DNA of 64,000 nt from Felis catus (lineage: Eukaryota), in assembly GCF_018350175.1 (NCBI RefSeq), contig NC_058368.1, positions 53,260,001 through 53,324,000 on the forward strand. Reading direction: 5' to 3'. The translations under genes and the position numbers were made by a program. Below the pieces are notes generated by a model. It ran no database searches. It was given only the letters and a program-made list of their open reading frames with translations, and was not told the DNA's origin. Shown in pieces: positions 50,138 through 63,232 of the stretch. Positions within the stretch are counted from its first letter, which is position 1, and each line of letters starts with the position of its first letter.

Positions 50138-52355
50138 TATTGAATAACATTTTTCTGAAGGTACTAACAATTAAACAACACAAAGTAAGAAGTTATAAAC
50201 ATGAAAGACGAAGGTAAAACTACCATTACTTAGTGTTATGATTGAATGAATACTTGACAAACCCAAAAGAACAAAATATAAAACTATCAAAAGATAATTT
50301 GGTAAAACGACAGTTACATATTTAATAAAAACAAATAGTTTTTCTACATACAAACAATCAAAAGAAAATACAATGGAAAAAATACCTCGTTTAAAGTAAC
50401 TTTAAATGACTGGGAAGAACTACTAATATATTTACCTATACAAAGAAATTACACATATTGTTTATATATATTTTATATTATATAATCTGCAACACATGTA
50501 TATTACCTATATCTTATATATAAATAAAATACATACAAATATATATATATCTAATCTATATAAAGAAAATCTTTAAATGCTCTCAGAGGATAAAAAAGGA
50601 TTGAAATACAATGATATGCTAGAGGAGTATTTAGTATCATAAAGATGTTAATTCTACTATAAAGTATTCTTCTTTTTAGAACCATGTAAGTAATTTCTAA
50701 AGTTTATATGAAAAATAAACACATAAACATCTACTACGAAGATTCTGAAAATGAATAATAATAGCTGGGCATAATAAGAGGGAATTCAAACAACAGCCTT
50801 GAAAAGCTATTAAAATATATTATAAAGTTTAGCTTAATTAAAGGTGAGGAAGAAGCACATGGAAAGAAAACTGATCAATGGAAGAGAACTAAGTAAGAGT
50901 ACCCTTACATCCTACAGGTGAAATTATGGGAAAACTAGCTTTACTCAATGAAATCAAGTAGACACCTAGTTTATCCCTTACATCAAATAAAATTCTTATG
51001 AATTTTCATAAAAATTTTTAGAACTCATGAGCTAATTTTCTAGTATATAAAGAATTCCCATAATTCATTAAAAAAAAAATCTGTAGAATAGATAACTCAG
51101 CAAGATAATAGGCAAATGACACAAAGAGTTGACAGAAACAGAAATAAAGAGTATTTAAACACGAAAATGTTCGACTTTAATCATAAAAGTGTATTAAAAA
51201 TGAGTTGCTATTTTTACCAAAATAAAATTGTCTGATATCTCACAATGGCTTATGTACCCATGTATTTTACATAAGCAAACCACCATGCAGAGTACACACA
51301 TATGGCAAGTGTATGGCGAAAAGGCACTCTCATACATCTTTGGTGGGCAAGCAAATGGGGTACAACCTATATGGGTGGTGGGTGGTGGGCAATTTCAGAA
51401 CTTTTAAATGCATGTATCCTTTCATCCAGCAATAACGTTATCAAGAATATATCTTATAGTCATATTCACATACATACATAGAGAAATATTCACCAAGAAT
51501 ATTCACTGCTACACTGTAAAAGAATAAAAACAACTTAAAGTCCATTAACATGGTTGATTATGTTTGGTATATCCATTTGGGGACAATCTTTCACTTTTCA
51601 GTCATATTTGAATGCCTCATGTACCTTATTTTGTACTTTCACTTTGAAATATTGTGCATCTACTGATTATAGAAAATACAGAGACATTCATTCACTCATC
51701 TAGGACAATGGTTCAGTAAGAACAATGGTATATTTGGAAAGAAACACTGAAAAAGGTTGACAATTTTTTTTTCCCCCTTGGGAAGACTTATCACTTACCT
51801 TGAGTTTACATCCTCTTATATTTTTGGTGTTAAAATTTTATTTATTTTATAAAATGATGACGATGGTGCATGAAATTTGGTTTGTACTTTTAACGCATTT
51901 TCCTTGATAAAATTAAAAACTGATACCTCTATGTCAACACATTAATTTTTAAATTCCTAAACGTTAATGATCCCGGATATCCAGAAGTTTGAAAACCAAT
52001 GCCTTAGCCTATATATCCTGCTTGTAGAAGATCAGCTTCAACTTAATTTTCTATTCTCTTCTACAATAGGAAGGTTACAAAATTTTAAGAATTTTTTGGT
52101 TTAAGCAAATGATTATGATTTAACAACTTGCATAACTTAATTTCAAATGTGTATCATGGCAATGGTAGTTCTTCGTTTCAGCCTATTGAATAATTCCAAC
52201 TAAAATGGTATTTACTCTGAAAAGGTAATTCTTTATTATATCTAACTTATTTTGTCACATATTCAAACTCCATATAATTCAGCGTTAAAGTCTTGTTTAT
52301 GCATTAATCCCTAGTCTTTTGAATTGATTGCTATTCATTTGGAAAACATGAATTG

Positions 52356-52361
<6 letters not shown>

Positions 52362-52407
<46 letters not shown>
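52362..52407. repeat. (CA)n microsatellite
   Basis: About 23 units. Confidence 0.95.
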
Positions 52408-52410
<3 letters not shown>

Positions 52411-53987
52411 AGGTAGAAAAAGCAACACCCAAGAAAAAAGGTATATGTCAATAAATCTTCTAAGAGCAAAACTTCCAATACTTATTTCAGGGGTAAGAGG
52501 TTTTTATTCCTCAGTCACATAAGCAAGGAGAAGTTTTAACAATGACAGCTACCATTGTTTTATGACTACTGCCTAGAAAATAGAACTAGAACATAAAGAG
52601 ACATACTCAAGCTACCTAACATTACACTGAAAATTGTCACTAAAGCATCAATTAAAGGAAGCTTATTCTTAACTTATACTCAATAATACTTTTTGAAAAA
52701 ACCTGATCAAAGATTTACTTTGGTTAAGTACCTGACTCCTTCCTTTCTCTCTCAAAAAAAAAAAAAAAAATTATAAAGTATTTTAAAAAGGGTTTAGTTT
52801 TTAATGTAACATATATACATACAAGTTTTAAGAAGTTTTAAACTCTCATCAATAATACTCTCACAAACGATCTTTAAGTGAAAAGATTACCCAAACGAGA
52901 TTTAAAAAAACATAACTCTAGGATCCATTCCTATTCTATAAAATGATCCACCTCCTACATCACTGATCTTAAAACTGGTTATTCCAGGGCCCCAGCTGAA
53001 TGCTTAACTAAGATTTTTCAGACCCACACTCTTTTACTGGTTATAATGCCCCAAGAGCAACTCCTACCAGGTTAGGTCCCCAATAAGGTATCACTGTGTT
53101 GTCAGGGAGTATTCACTATAAAGAAGATAAATCAATTTAGAAAGTGTTTTTAAACTTTAATTTAGACCACAATCAAGTTAAAACTTCTGAAAGGCATACC
53201 ACTCTTCCATTCACATTAGGTTAACTGTTTGGAACTCTTACAGCATTTTTCCAAGGACAAAATGGTACATGTATCTCTCTATAATCCTGAAGAAAGAACA
53301 CACAAGGCTAAAAACATTTCCTATAAATCTCCCACACCTCATATCCATTTTCCTTTTTTTTAATCTTTTAAACCCAGATGAAAGACAAGGTTGCATATAC
53401 TTGGCCATTCTTTGTAAAGACAATTCAAGACACATAGTTTAAGATTACTATAAAGACCCTAAAAGCTAGAGCTATATATCATACATTGCAAAAAGTTGTA
53501 GAGGCCTAGTTGGGGGGTATGCTAAGCTAGGGACACTTCTTTAGAGTTCAGCTTACTGGGACTAGTAAGTGGCGGATGAGAGATGGCTTAGAAGGACTGC
53601 CATCAGGATTGTATCTTAGCTTCTACCTTATCTCTCATCACTCATTCTCCCAAAGCAGACTTTGTTCTGGGCCAGCTGAGAAAAAGGTAATGGAAAGTGG
53701 GATGGCCCTATCCCAGGTGAAAGAGAAAGGAAGGAGAAATGCTGGTGTCTCAAGACAATACAACTTAACATTCAACTTGGTAACTATTCTATCATGTTAT
53801 AAACAGAATTGCCTAACTGCTTTAGGACATTCTTTGTGGCCATGAATTCCAATTCATATGACCTATCTACTGTCAAAGTGCAGTTATCTAGTAAGTTAAA
53901 ATGTTTTCCTTTATATTAAAACTTAAAAGAAATATTTATAAAACATTTAAATCTGAATTTTCAATAAATTAGATTTCTAATACTTAC

Positions 53988-54074
53988 TGCTTCAGCTTCT
54001 GCTCTTGTCTTGAATGTAATTACTGCATGAAGTGAAGAGTCATCAATCTGACAATCTTCAATTTCACCATATTG
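53988..54074 (-). CDS. RBM26: RBM26 coding exon (RRM2 core), QYGEIEDCQIDDSSLHAVITFKTRAEAEA, 87 nt
   Basis: Acceptor tttaatttaaag, donor GCA|GTAAGT; RRM-like strand/helix pattern. Confidence 0.95.
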
Positions 54075-54829
54075 CTTTAAATTAAAAAGAAGTATTTTCT
54101 CCAAATAAATATTTTGAAACATCCAAAATCCTAATGGTTTTTAAAACACCAATAAATGTAACCCAGAATATATAACAATTCATGGTGATTAACAGAAAAA
54201 AAGATGAATAATTCATTTAGTACTTGATGTTACAAGATAAAGAGTGGTCCTGTTTACAATTCTACACTTTTTAGAATTAGGGAAACTTATACTTGATTGA
54301 ACTGTGCTTTAAATCAATGAAAGAGTGTCAAACACTGGGTTTCCTTATTGCCTTTCCTTGTACACTCGTTATTCCAATCCCATAACGTGCTACCTTCTTT
54401 CTAAAACAAAATATTTAATCCTCAGAATTCATATTTTTGTGTGTGCCATTCTCAATTTAAAGATGGTGCAAATAAAGAGAGTCAGAATTTAAATAATTTT
54501 CCCAAAGTAATTTAGTTAAATACCAGGAGAGTCCAGGTCTTTTGATTTAAGTTTAACATTCAAACTGACCCTGCTTTCACTCTGAACACATACTCCTGTA
54601 CAGCACACTCTTATAAAGAGTTAAACAGGTTAAACAATGCTTGCTTCTGGTTTGCTGAATTTTATTTTTTCCATATGTAGAAAGATTTTTCTACAAACAA
54701 CCTTTATCATATAAATTTCTAGTCCTTTATATATCATCACTAATACCTTTCTTTTTTACCCCAAAATAAAATTATAATTATAATCTCATTAAATACACAC
54801 GCACACACTCTGTATCGAAAATTTCTATA

Positions 54830-55040
54830 AAGATAATGGACTCTAGAATCTGTTCTGTCAGGTACTAGCTGTGTGAACTTGAACAAGTTACATAATCTCT
54901 TCATGCTTCATCTTCATCTCTAAAGTGGGCATAATAAAGGCACCTACCTCAGAGGGTTGTTGAAATAATTCATTATATTGAAGTATATAAGGCACTCAGA
55001 ATAATATCTGACACGAAATAAATGCTCTATGATTTTTATT
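54830..55040 (+). mobile_element. MIR
   Basis: ctagctgtgtgaacttgaacaagttac...cctacctcagagggttgt. Confidence 0.8.
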
Positions 55041-55079
55041 ACTACTACTACCACTACTACTACCACCACCACCACCACC
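55041..55079. repeat. (ACT)n/(ACC)n trinucleotide repeat
   Basis: Located at a MIR tail. Confidence 0.9.
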
Positions 55080-56385
55080 GGGCCCAGTGGGTAAACTAAA
55101 GAAAGCATTTCGTTCATCACAATTTGTAACAGTCAGCAGTCCTATGAAAATGTAGGTTCTTTTCTGTTACTTGCCACAGGTTCAAATTCCAGGTTGAGAC
55201 AGAGAACTACGCTTTAAACCTGCATTCTTAAAGACTGATCATTTTTAAATGTGCATTACCACTACTAAATTTGGACTTTCCAGACTCCTCTTCCTTAAAT
55301 ATTAATTTTAGTAATTTCATAAACATATACCACTTTTTTCAGTAACTCTCTATGTCCCAACAAAGTATAGCTTCACCTTTGTAACTTCTGTTAACAGCTT
55401 AGAATGTGACTGTCAAACATATAAATCTGAATTTCCAAAAAGATTTAATCTTTTCTGTAAGCTTATTGATCCTTCAAGATCTAAGTTTCAGTTTTACTGC
55501 CTTATGAAATTTTCTACTATCCTTTTTCGATCATATGCCTGTGTAAAAGATACTTCTCTAAGTTACTACTTAAAGTTTTTAATAAATGTAACTTGATTAT
55601 GCCATAAATTATGTTTATAATTTACTTTAACTCATCTGTGTTAAAATAATATATATAAAATCCTTGGAAGGTAAAGAACTGGTTATTTCTTACGTATCTC
55701 CAGAGCAATTACTATAGGCCTGAGGGCATGACTGATGCTTAGTAACTAACCTTTGGGATACCACTAATCACAACGTTTAAGTTGAAACGGCCTTTAAACA
55801 AATATAATTTCCATTCTGCACATGAGCCAAATGGATCCCAGGAAGTCCAAGTTAAATAATGGCTTAGCCAGGACTAGAATCTCATTCTCCTTTCTCATAA
55901 GTCAGTCAGTCTGTATTAGACTGTATACCCTGGCACTGACTAAGGCAACTTCAAGATCATATATCAAAATTTCATCTTGCTTCATTTCTAAGGTCAGCTA
56001 GATCAAGAATACAGTATTAACAAATAAAATTCCATCGTAATTTTAAAAAATCTGGATGGCTTACATATGTTAAATTTTCCCTTAAAAGTATCAAATGACA
56101 CTAAACTACTGAACTTTTCCCTCTGCAATAGCAAAGTTTAAATCATTCATTTCACAGTATCTGAAGGCCTACTAGGTGTTAAGAATGGTAATGTTTCTTC
56201 CAGATAATAAACAAACAAAAATATGTCTGTTTTTTAAATAATTAACAAAAGATAATTATAGATTAATCAAACCCTTTGGTCAGATTAATGGGATTAAATT
56301 ACTCATCATTTTCATAATTTCTCCTTTAATCATTATCCCCAACAATGACTATCAGTACTTGTTTTGTTGGACAGTAAGAAAGTAC

Positions 56386-56586
56386 CGCAAAATGAGGAAG
56401 GAGATCTTCTCTATCACTCTCTGTAAATGCAGAAATTTCCAATGCCCTGGGACGATGATCCACCACAGCATGACCAGGCACACCTCGACCTCGACCTCGA
56501 CCCCTGCCTCGGCCGTGAGCTGCACCTCGACCTCTTGAGTGAATTCCTCTACCCCGACCAGATGAAAGAATCCCTCGTTTTGCAGC
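56386..56586 (-). CDS. RBM26: RBM26 coding exon with RG repeats and start of RRM2, AAKRGILSSGRGRG...DLLPHFA, 201 nt
   Basis: Contained in ORF 56326..56643; acceptor ctcttcaag, donor GCG|GTACTT. Confidence 0.96.
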
Positions 56587-57149
56587 CTTGAAGAGATTAT
56601 AGACACACAAGTTAAATGCCACAATTTCTAACACAAGCCACACGTTATATATACTCTATCAAACTTTTATACAATCTGATATCATATTCAAATACTGGCT
56701 TAGAAAAGGGTATCATAATTTAAGTTAAGGCTTTAGTTTTTAAAGTGAGCGTAAACTTAGGTAGCTAATGCATTTAGAAAACAAACAAAGTAATATTTAA
56801 GTCATGTTTAAAATTGTTAAATGTGCCTTTTTCTACTAAGTTCGTTATTTTCCAAGATCTCAGATTGTATCATTAGATGACCTGCAATTCTTGATTTCCA
56901 AATAATACACGGTATGAAAATGTTACTTCACCAGTTTAATACATAGATACATAATTAATATACAATAAATTAATTTTTCCACTTAGGACCTTTGAATACA
57001 GTGTGTCTATTTATTTGCCTGGTGGCTTCAGTAGGTATAATTATCTCAAATTATCACTTTGGTCACTTACACTAACATCATCATACAACCAATGTAGCAT
57101 GTTTAACTTCTATTCCGCCACAGTGCTCCACATGAAAAGCACACCGTTC

Positions 57150-58100
57150 CTTCATTCCACAAATATTTAAAGAGCACTTCCTATGCTCGAGTCCTTACCT
57201 TCCTGAAACTCAAATCCTAGAGGGGTAAAGAGACATTTGGCAACCAAGTTATTTAATTATATTAATGAGAAGTAATTAAAAAAGTAAGGAAATGCTTTAC
57301 TTAAAGACTTGAACAGAACATTCAAGATCTGCAATAAATATGCTACAATATCCATGAGGATATTTTTTCCTTGTTTTATTCTCCACCTGATCCCTAGCAC
57401 TTACAATGGCAGCTGGCAGACTGTAGATTTTTAGTATGTGTTGAATGACTCAAAGAAGAAACAAAGAACAAGCAAGGTAAGGGTGAGGGGTAGGGGCTAC
57501 AACATGAACAAAGGAATTAAGGCTAAAATAAACACCGTACTCAAAAATACAGGAAATCCAGTGTAGCTGGACCAGATGGGACGAAGAAATGAGGCTACAG
57601 AGATAAGCAGAACCAGATCATGAAAAATTTTAAGGATCACTAAATTAAAGATTTTTATTTTTGTCCTAAGAGCCATGAAAACCAGTTAAAACATTTTAAG
57701 TAGAGAAGTAGAGTGATAGAATAAATCAGTATTTAAAATGTTATTCTTGCTAGTTTTAAGAACATAGTAGAAGAAAGATGAGAATACGCTGGGAAAGCAG
57801 TTGGTAGGCTACTAACGTAGCCCCAACAACTGAGGATGGAAGCTATGTCTACACTGGTGGCAATACAAGTAAGAGAGAAGAAAACGTATTTATGACATAC
57901 TGGAAGTAACACGTATAACACTTGGTAACTACTTAGATATGGATAATAAAGGAAAGGGAGGAATCAATGAAGATTCCCAGATTTCTGGTTTGTGTAACTG
58001 TGTAGATGGAATTTAGGGGCAAGATAAGCTCAATTCTGAACAAGTGGGAGTCTCAGGATGTGAGATATCCAAGTGGAAATGTCAAGCAGGCACCAATGAC
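57150..58100 (-). mobile_element. L2 fragment in RBM26 intron
   Basis: Antisense L2 phrases (ttggtaactacttagatatgg; gatatccaagtggaaatgtc). Confidence 0.65.
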
Positions 58101-59716
58101 AGATCTTTTCAAGTATTAATATTTGTTTCTTCATCTCAAGGCAATTCATCTTAATTAACATTAGCTAAAGTAATAACCTAAAATCCAAATAATAAACTTC
58201 ACAGGTCAAGGATTAATGTTCATAATGGGAGTAGCATATACAAAAGTATGCTCTGAGGAATACTCTCAAAATGTTGCCTGAAAAAGGGGGTCGATGGACA
58301 AATAAATTTGAGCAATATGTAATACTGATTATGTATATTTAGGGATTAACAAATTAAAAACCTCTAAGAAATCCTATGGCAAAAAGAATATTTAACCTTT
58401 TCCAAATTTATTTGGCCTTAGAAGTTTTTGCACTAAGATCTGTTAACAAAGAATGAAACTGGCATGTTAAATGACACACTCTGGGACATACTGCATTATA
58501 ATATCTGCATATGCTAATAGTAACTACAAACTATAAAGTTTAGCGATCATAAAAAAAAAGCAGAAAATGCCATTCAGTGTTTAGCTAGATCATGATAGAG
58601 AACCAAAGCATGGACTAATAAAGAATACTGGTAGAACTATTATCTACTAAAATTTTATGCGCCAAAACTTTTTATGTGGTAGCTTAAGTCCCATCAACAC
58701 AAGCAAGTATCTTCCATAATAAAGAAAACACAATTTCTATATTAACATAAAAGAAACACATCTTTTTCAAAACCTGTTATCTTGTCTAAGATGTACAGGC
58801 AGCCCTACCAACTTTCCAGAGAACGTAAGATGTACACAGAGTTAGAGGCCATCCTATGATTTCCTATGACAAACAAGACAGAGCCTTAATACAAACAAAG
58901 TGGCTGCTAAATGTGAAGTCTGTTAACGTTAATACCTGGACGCCAGTGCTAAATTCAGATTTGTCCTAGGTCAGAAAAAAAAATCACCAGGGTGCTAACA
59001 AATTTGGGAAAAAACCCATAATTCTCAGATGAAGCAAAATAACCTGAACCGTAAAAAAATGCTAACTGTGGCATCAAACGATGATAAATATAGGCAAGTA
59101 CCAATTACATTGATGGCATTAATGTCTCTGTACTTCAAAATGTAAACATTTTTACATTTAATTTTAAACATCTTTTTGCTAAACGTTACAAAATGATAAT
59201 TTGTAATAATTTCATATTGTCACTAGATTTTTCTTACAAAAAATAATCATATAGCTAAACTAGAGAAGAAAGTAGTTTTTTTTCCTTTATAAACATCCAC
59301 AGCACCATCTATAGGCAAAACTTAAGTAAGCATGTTTTCAATACAGTTCTCCAGTAAAAGTCTGGGCCTTATAGCAATTTAATATAATATGCCTATATAT
59401 GTACAGAAGATCTCTTGTAAGAATACCTGAAAAGGCTTTAATAGATTTTGGTTTCAGGGAGGAGAGCTAGAAAAGGAACCAAACTTACTAGAAGTAGAGG
59501 GACTTGGGTGTAGAGGTAGAACTGCTGCCATCCCTCATTAAATGAACGATTTTATCTACCAGGTCTGAAACATTTGCTAACTTCTTCTCTCTTTCCTATT
59601 TGTCAGAGACTACCAACAATTACTGATTAGGATGAGGGGATACATTTTCAAATTGACCACCATGCCTACTACATCTGTTCATCTTTAGCATACTGGGTAG
59701 TTGTGGTGAAACGTAC

Positions 59717-59821
59717 TTCCAGCTGTAATTCTGTATACTTTCTCCTAAGTTCAGTGACTTCTTCTCCAGCTTGCATCTTCTTATATAAATCCAGTTCCGT
59801 ATCAAGCAATTCTTTCTGCAT
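59717..59821 (-). CDS. RBM26: RBM26 coding exon, MQKELLDTELDLYKKMQAGEEVTELRRKYTELQLE, 105 nt
   Basis: Acceptor ttttctag, donor GAA|GTACGT; in frame with neighbouring exons. Confidence 0.95.
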
Positions 59822-60159
59822 CTAGAAAATGGTAATTAATAATTTAAATGACAATAATTCATATCCTACATTTATAAAATGTTTTTTAATAAAAAATGTT
59901 TTTTAATATATATATTACTTATATATATAATAGTTTCTGTATTTATATATATATATATATTTTTTTTTTTTACAAAGAACTTTCATACATTCCCATTTAA
60001 TCCATACATTCCTTCTTTATCTCCATCCAGTCCTACAGCCCTAGTCCAAGCCATCAATCATGTCTGGTCTACACTCCTACAACAGCTTCCTAATTTGTTC
60101 CTACTTCCGCTGATTTCCCTATAATTCATTTTCCGTACAGAAGCCAAAGTGAGGTTTCT

Positions 60160-60830
60160 ATGGACTCATATAAACTAATTTTCAGGCAATAACTGGGAAA
60201 AGAAAAACAAAAAAACCCAAAGTGTTAATGAGCGCTATACAGTATGCTTTTATGTAGGAAAGAATACATACACGCCAAGAGGGAGGGAAGAATGGGAACA
60301 GAGTGGCAGGAATCAAAGGAAAACGGTCTTCTATATATACCTTTTTATATAGTTTAACTTTTCAATCATGTTTATGTTTTATTTATTCAAAATAATATTA
60401 AATCAGTAAGAATGAAGGGAAGGGGTTCAAAACAGACTATCAATAGAAATACACCTAACTTTACCAAATTGATAACATAACCGCAGAAAGAAAAAAAAAA
60501 AAAAGTAATCCTAGGCCACAGTTCTGACTCTATATCCTTAGTCGAATATACAGTGAACTTTTAAAGAATACAAATAAATTTTGAATCTTTTACTTAGTCG
60601 TTGGAAGTGGGCTTCTTGTAGCAATTCTGGAACTATTTGGAATGTATTAAATGACTGTGCAAATGAGTACCGTACTGGTGTTAGTGGGAAGCAAGTTGTC
60701 ATTATGGGAACGGAACACGAAGATAAAATATGGAATAAGGAGGAAAAGAACACTGGGGTGTTGGATTAGAATCAGAAATATCAATATGAACTCATGATTC
60801 TACACATGTATGTACATACACACAACACCA
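60160..60830 (+). mobile_element. Old L1 (L1MC-like) 3' UTR fragment
   Basis: Resembles L1MC 3' UTR; recognised by eye. Confidence 0.5.
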
Positions 60831-61339
60831 AGTATAAATACTATATAACTCTGAAGTTTTAAAAAATCGCTTATCAGGTGAAATTATCTTCCTTCCTTAT
60901 TTATATCTAATGGATTGATCTATCTAAATTTCCCTCCTTTTAATCAATTCTATATAATGCTGTCAAAATGTTACTTTTGTTTATTAACCTTTTAGACTAT
61001 GAACTTACAAAGTTCAAACTCCTCAGTCAAGTATTCATCAAGCATTCAAGTACCTGTATCACTTTGTCCTCAAGATATCTTTTTAATTATTATTATTATT
61101 ATTATTATCCATAAATATTCTAATTATGGACTTTTCCAACTGAAATCTAAAAAGTTTAAAAGATGAATAGAGTTTTGTTTGCATATATTTACTATTAATT
61201 AATGGAGGGAAAAATGTTAGCATGTAATAGTCAGATTTTAAGCAAAGGTTATTACCTAAAAAGAAAACAATGTTAAACAATGCAGCACTGTAATGTTTTC
61301 AGTAAGTAGTAATATGAATAACAACATAAATTAAAATAC

Positions 61340-61507
61340 CTGAGTCTTGGTTTTTATACTCTTTGGAAGACAACGTCCAGGAGAAGCAGCTTTGACCTCA
61401 TCTTTCAACTTGGTAATATTTTTTGTCAAAACTTCTAAAGTTTTCATTATTTCTGCTTTATCTTCAGACTTCATTGCTTTGTTTTTCTCTAGTTTTGAAA
61501 TTAACAT
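61340..61507 (-). CDS. RBM26: RBM26 coding exon, MLISKLEKNK...SIKTKTQ, 168 nt
   Basis: Contained in ORF 61331..61555; acceptor ttggcag, donor CAG|GTATTT. Confidence 0.96.
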
Positions 61508-62243
61508 CTGCCAAATTTTTAAAAAAAGAAAAACTAAGATACACAAAGTAAACATAGCAAAATAAATATAAAAATAAGTAACTACTAGTTTTAGTTTACA
61601 TATTCATGGCAAGGCTTACAACCACTAAGACAGCAGAACAGATTTGGTGATGCTATCTCAACTCAAGTCTTAATCTTGGCACGTTTTGTGAAGAATTACA
61701 TTGCCACTGGTCTCTCAGAATGTAAGTTCAAAGAATACAACCTTAAGAAATTCAACTGAAAAGCTGTCAATTTGAAGCAATACTTCAAAAAGTAATACTT
61801 TTACTTTCTAATGTATTTGTGGGTATTATGGTCTCTAAGTATTCCCACTCCAAATGTAGTCTACAACCCAGAGAGACGCACAGAAGTTTTATGGTTCCCT
61901 TCACATAATAAGATCTTAAAACAATTAATTACTTTCTTTGTCACAGGGAACAGGAACTGGCTAACGTATGAATGGTATCGCCAACGTGGACAGGAAACAA
62001 AAGATAAACAAGGTAATATGGGGTGAAAGATACCACATATTATAGGTTTTATGAGTCAAGGTAGCTTCAGGTTTTGGTGTCAAGTACTGTGATTTCTTTA
62101 TCAAGTACTGTATACCCAAATTTAAATTAGAAAAGATACATTTTAAGCCAATACGTAAAAAGTTTCTGTGTTTTTAATATTTTGAGATGCCATAACCTTT
62201 ATTACGAGACATAATCAGGAACTGGCACTAATTAAATGTCATA

Positions 62244-62795
62244 ACCTAGAGCAACAATGTACAAAAGAAATACTGTAAGCCACATAAGTAATTTTACATT
62301 TTCTAGCAGCCACATTAAAAAGATAAAAAAACATAAAACAAAAAACACCCAACCAGTAAAGTTAATTAATACTGTATTAAACTCAGTATATCTAAAATGT
62401 TATAAGCTTCAACAAAAATTATTGAGACATTTTACTTTTCTTCTTCGTATTATGTCTTTGAAATCTGGTATGTATATTTTTTTTAAAAAAATTTTTAACG
62501 TTTGTTTATTTTTGAGACAGAGAGAGACAGAGCATGAACGGGGGAGGGTCAGAGAGAGGGAGACACAGAATCTGAAACAGGCTCCAGGCTCTGAGCTGTC
62601 AGCACAGAGCCCGACGCGGGGCTCAAACCCACGAACCGTGAGATCATGACCTGAGCCGAAGTCGGACACTCAACCGACTGGGCCACCCAGGCGCCCCTAT
62701 ATTTTATATACTTACAGCACATATCAGTTTGATCTTGGAACATTTCAAGTTCTCAAAAGTTGGTTGTAGCTATTACCTACCCCACTGGACAACAC
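62244..62795. mobile_element. hAT-Charlie MER3/MER33-like element split by a SINEC
   Basis: gtaattttacattttctagcagccacatt...catttcaagttctcaa...tgtagcta. Confidence 0.6.
62481..62697 (-). mobile_element. Feline CAN-SINE in RBM26 intron
   Basis: Full body; short TSD TATATTTT; nested in a hAT element. Confidence 0.93.
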
Positions 62796-63157
62796 AAAAG
62801 TAGAGGATCCCAAAAAAATTAAAGAAAGGTACATATCTCAACACTGAGAAAAAGTTTCCAATTCACTATCTGTTGACAAACTACTGTGCAGCAGCATATC
62901 TGGATAAACATTCCTTATTTCTACTTCGCCGACCACCACAGTTCCTTTAAACCAATATAATCCCCAGTTCACCATTTAATGTATGCTCTTCATCCCCAAT
63001 ACACATTAATCAACTGACATACACATTATCATTTATATACATTTCAGTGTTACCCTTATCAATTTAAAGTTTCTTAAAAGTAATTATATAGTGTGAGATT
63101 AAATTTACTCAAAATTATAACATCTATATTTTGCCAAATCTAGCTTAAATATTTTAC

Positions 63158-63232
63158 CTTCTGTGTTTCAATGTGCTTTTCTAAAATTTCTTGTTTCCTT
63201 TTCCTTACATCCTGCTGAAGTTTCAGTGCCTC
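63158..63232 (-). CDS. RBM26: RBM26 coding exon, EALKLQQDVRKRKQEILEKHIETQK (coiled coil), 75 nt
   Basis: Acceptor tctttctctag, donor AAG|GTAAAA; continues the frame of the previous exon. Confidence 0.95.

Larger units (their letters stand above)
48240..51600 (+). mobile_element. Fragmented old L1 in RBM26 intron, host to nested elements
   Basis: A-rich degraded ORF2/3' UTR-like sequence. Confidence 0.55.

Noticed and set aside
51791..51802. Consensus AAG|GTAAGT donor in RBM26 intron
   Set aside because: No convincing upstream acceptor found to define an exon.
56326..56643. ORF extensions beyond the RBM26 exon boundaries (also 61331..61555 and 63517..63726)
   Set aside because: The flanking residues come from intron sequence outside the AG/GT boundaries.
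8593..62697. tRNA-like heads (GGCTCAGTCGGTTAAG...GTTCGAGCCC)
   Set aside because: These are tRNA-derived SINE heads followed by (CT)n and A-tails, not tRNA genes.
9116..62743. ORFs such as 9116..9334, 9122..9355, 23246..23452, 28249..28464, 48614..48835, 49912..50183 and 62257..62743
   Set aside because: They are translations of CAN-SINE bodies; the same peptides recur in each copy.
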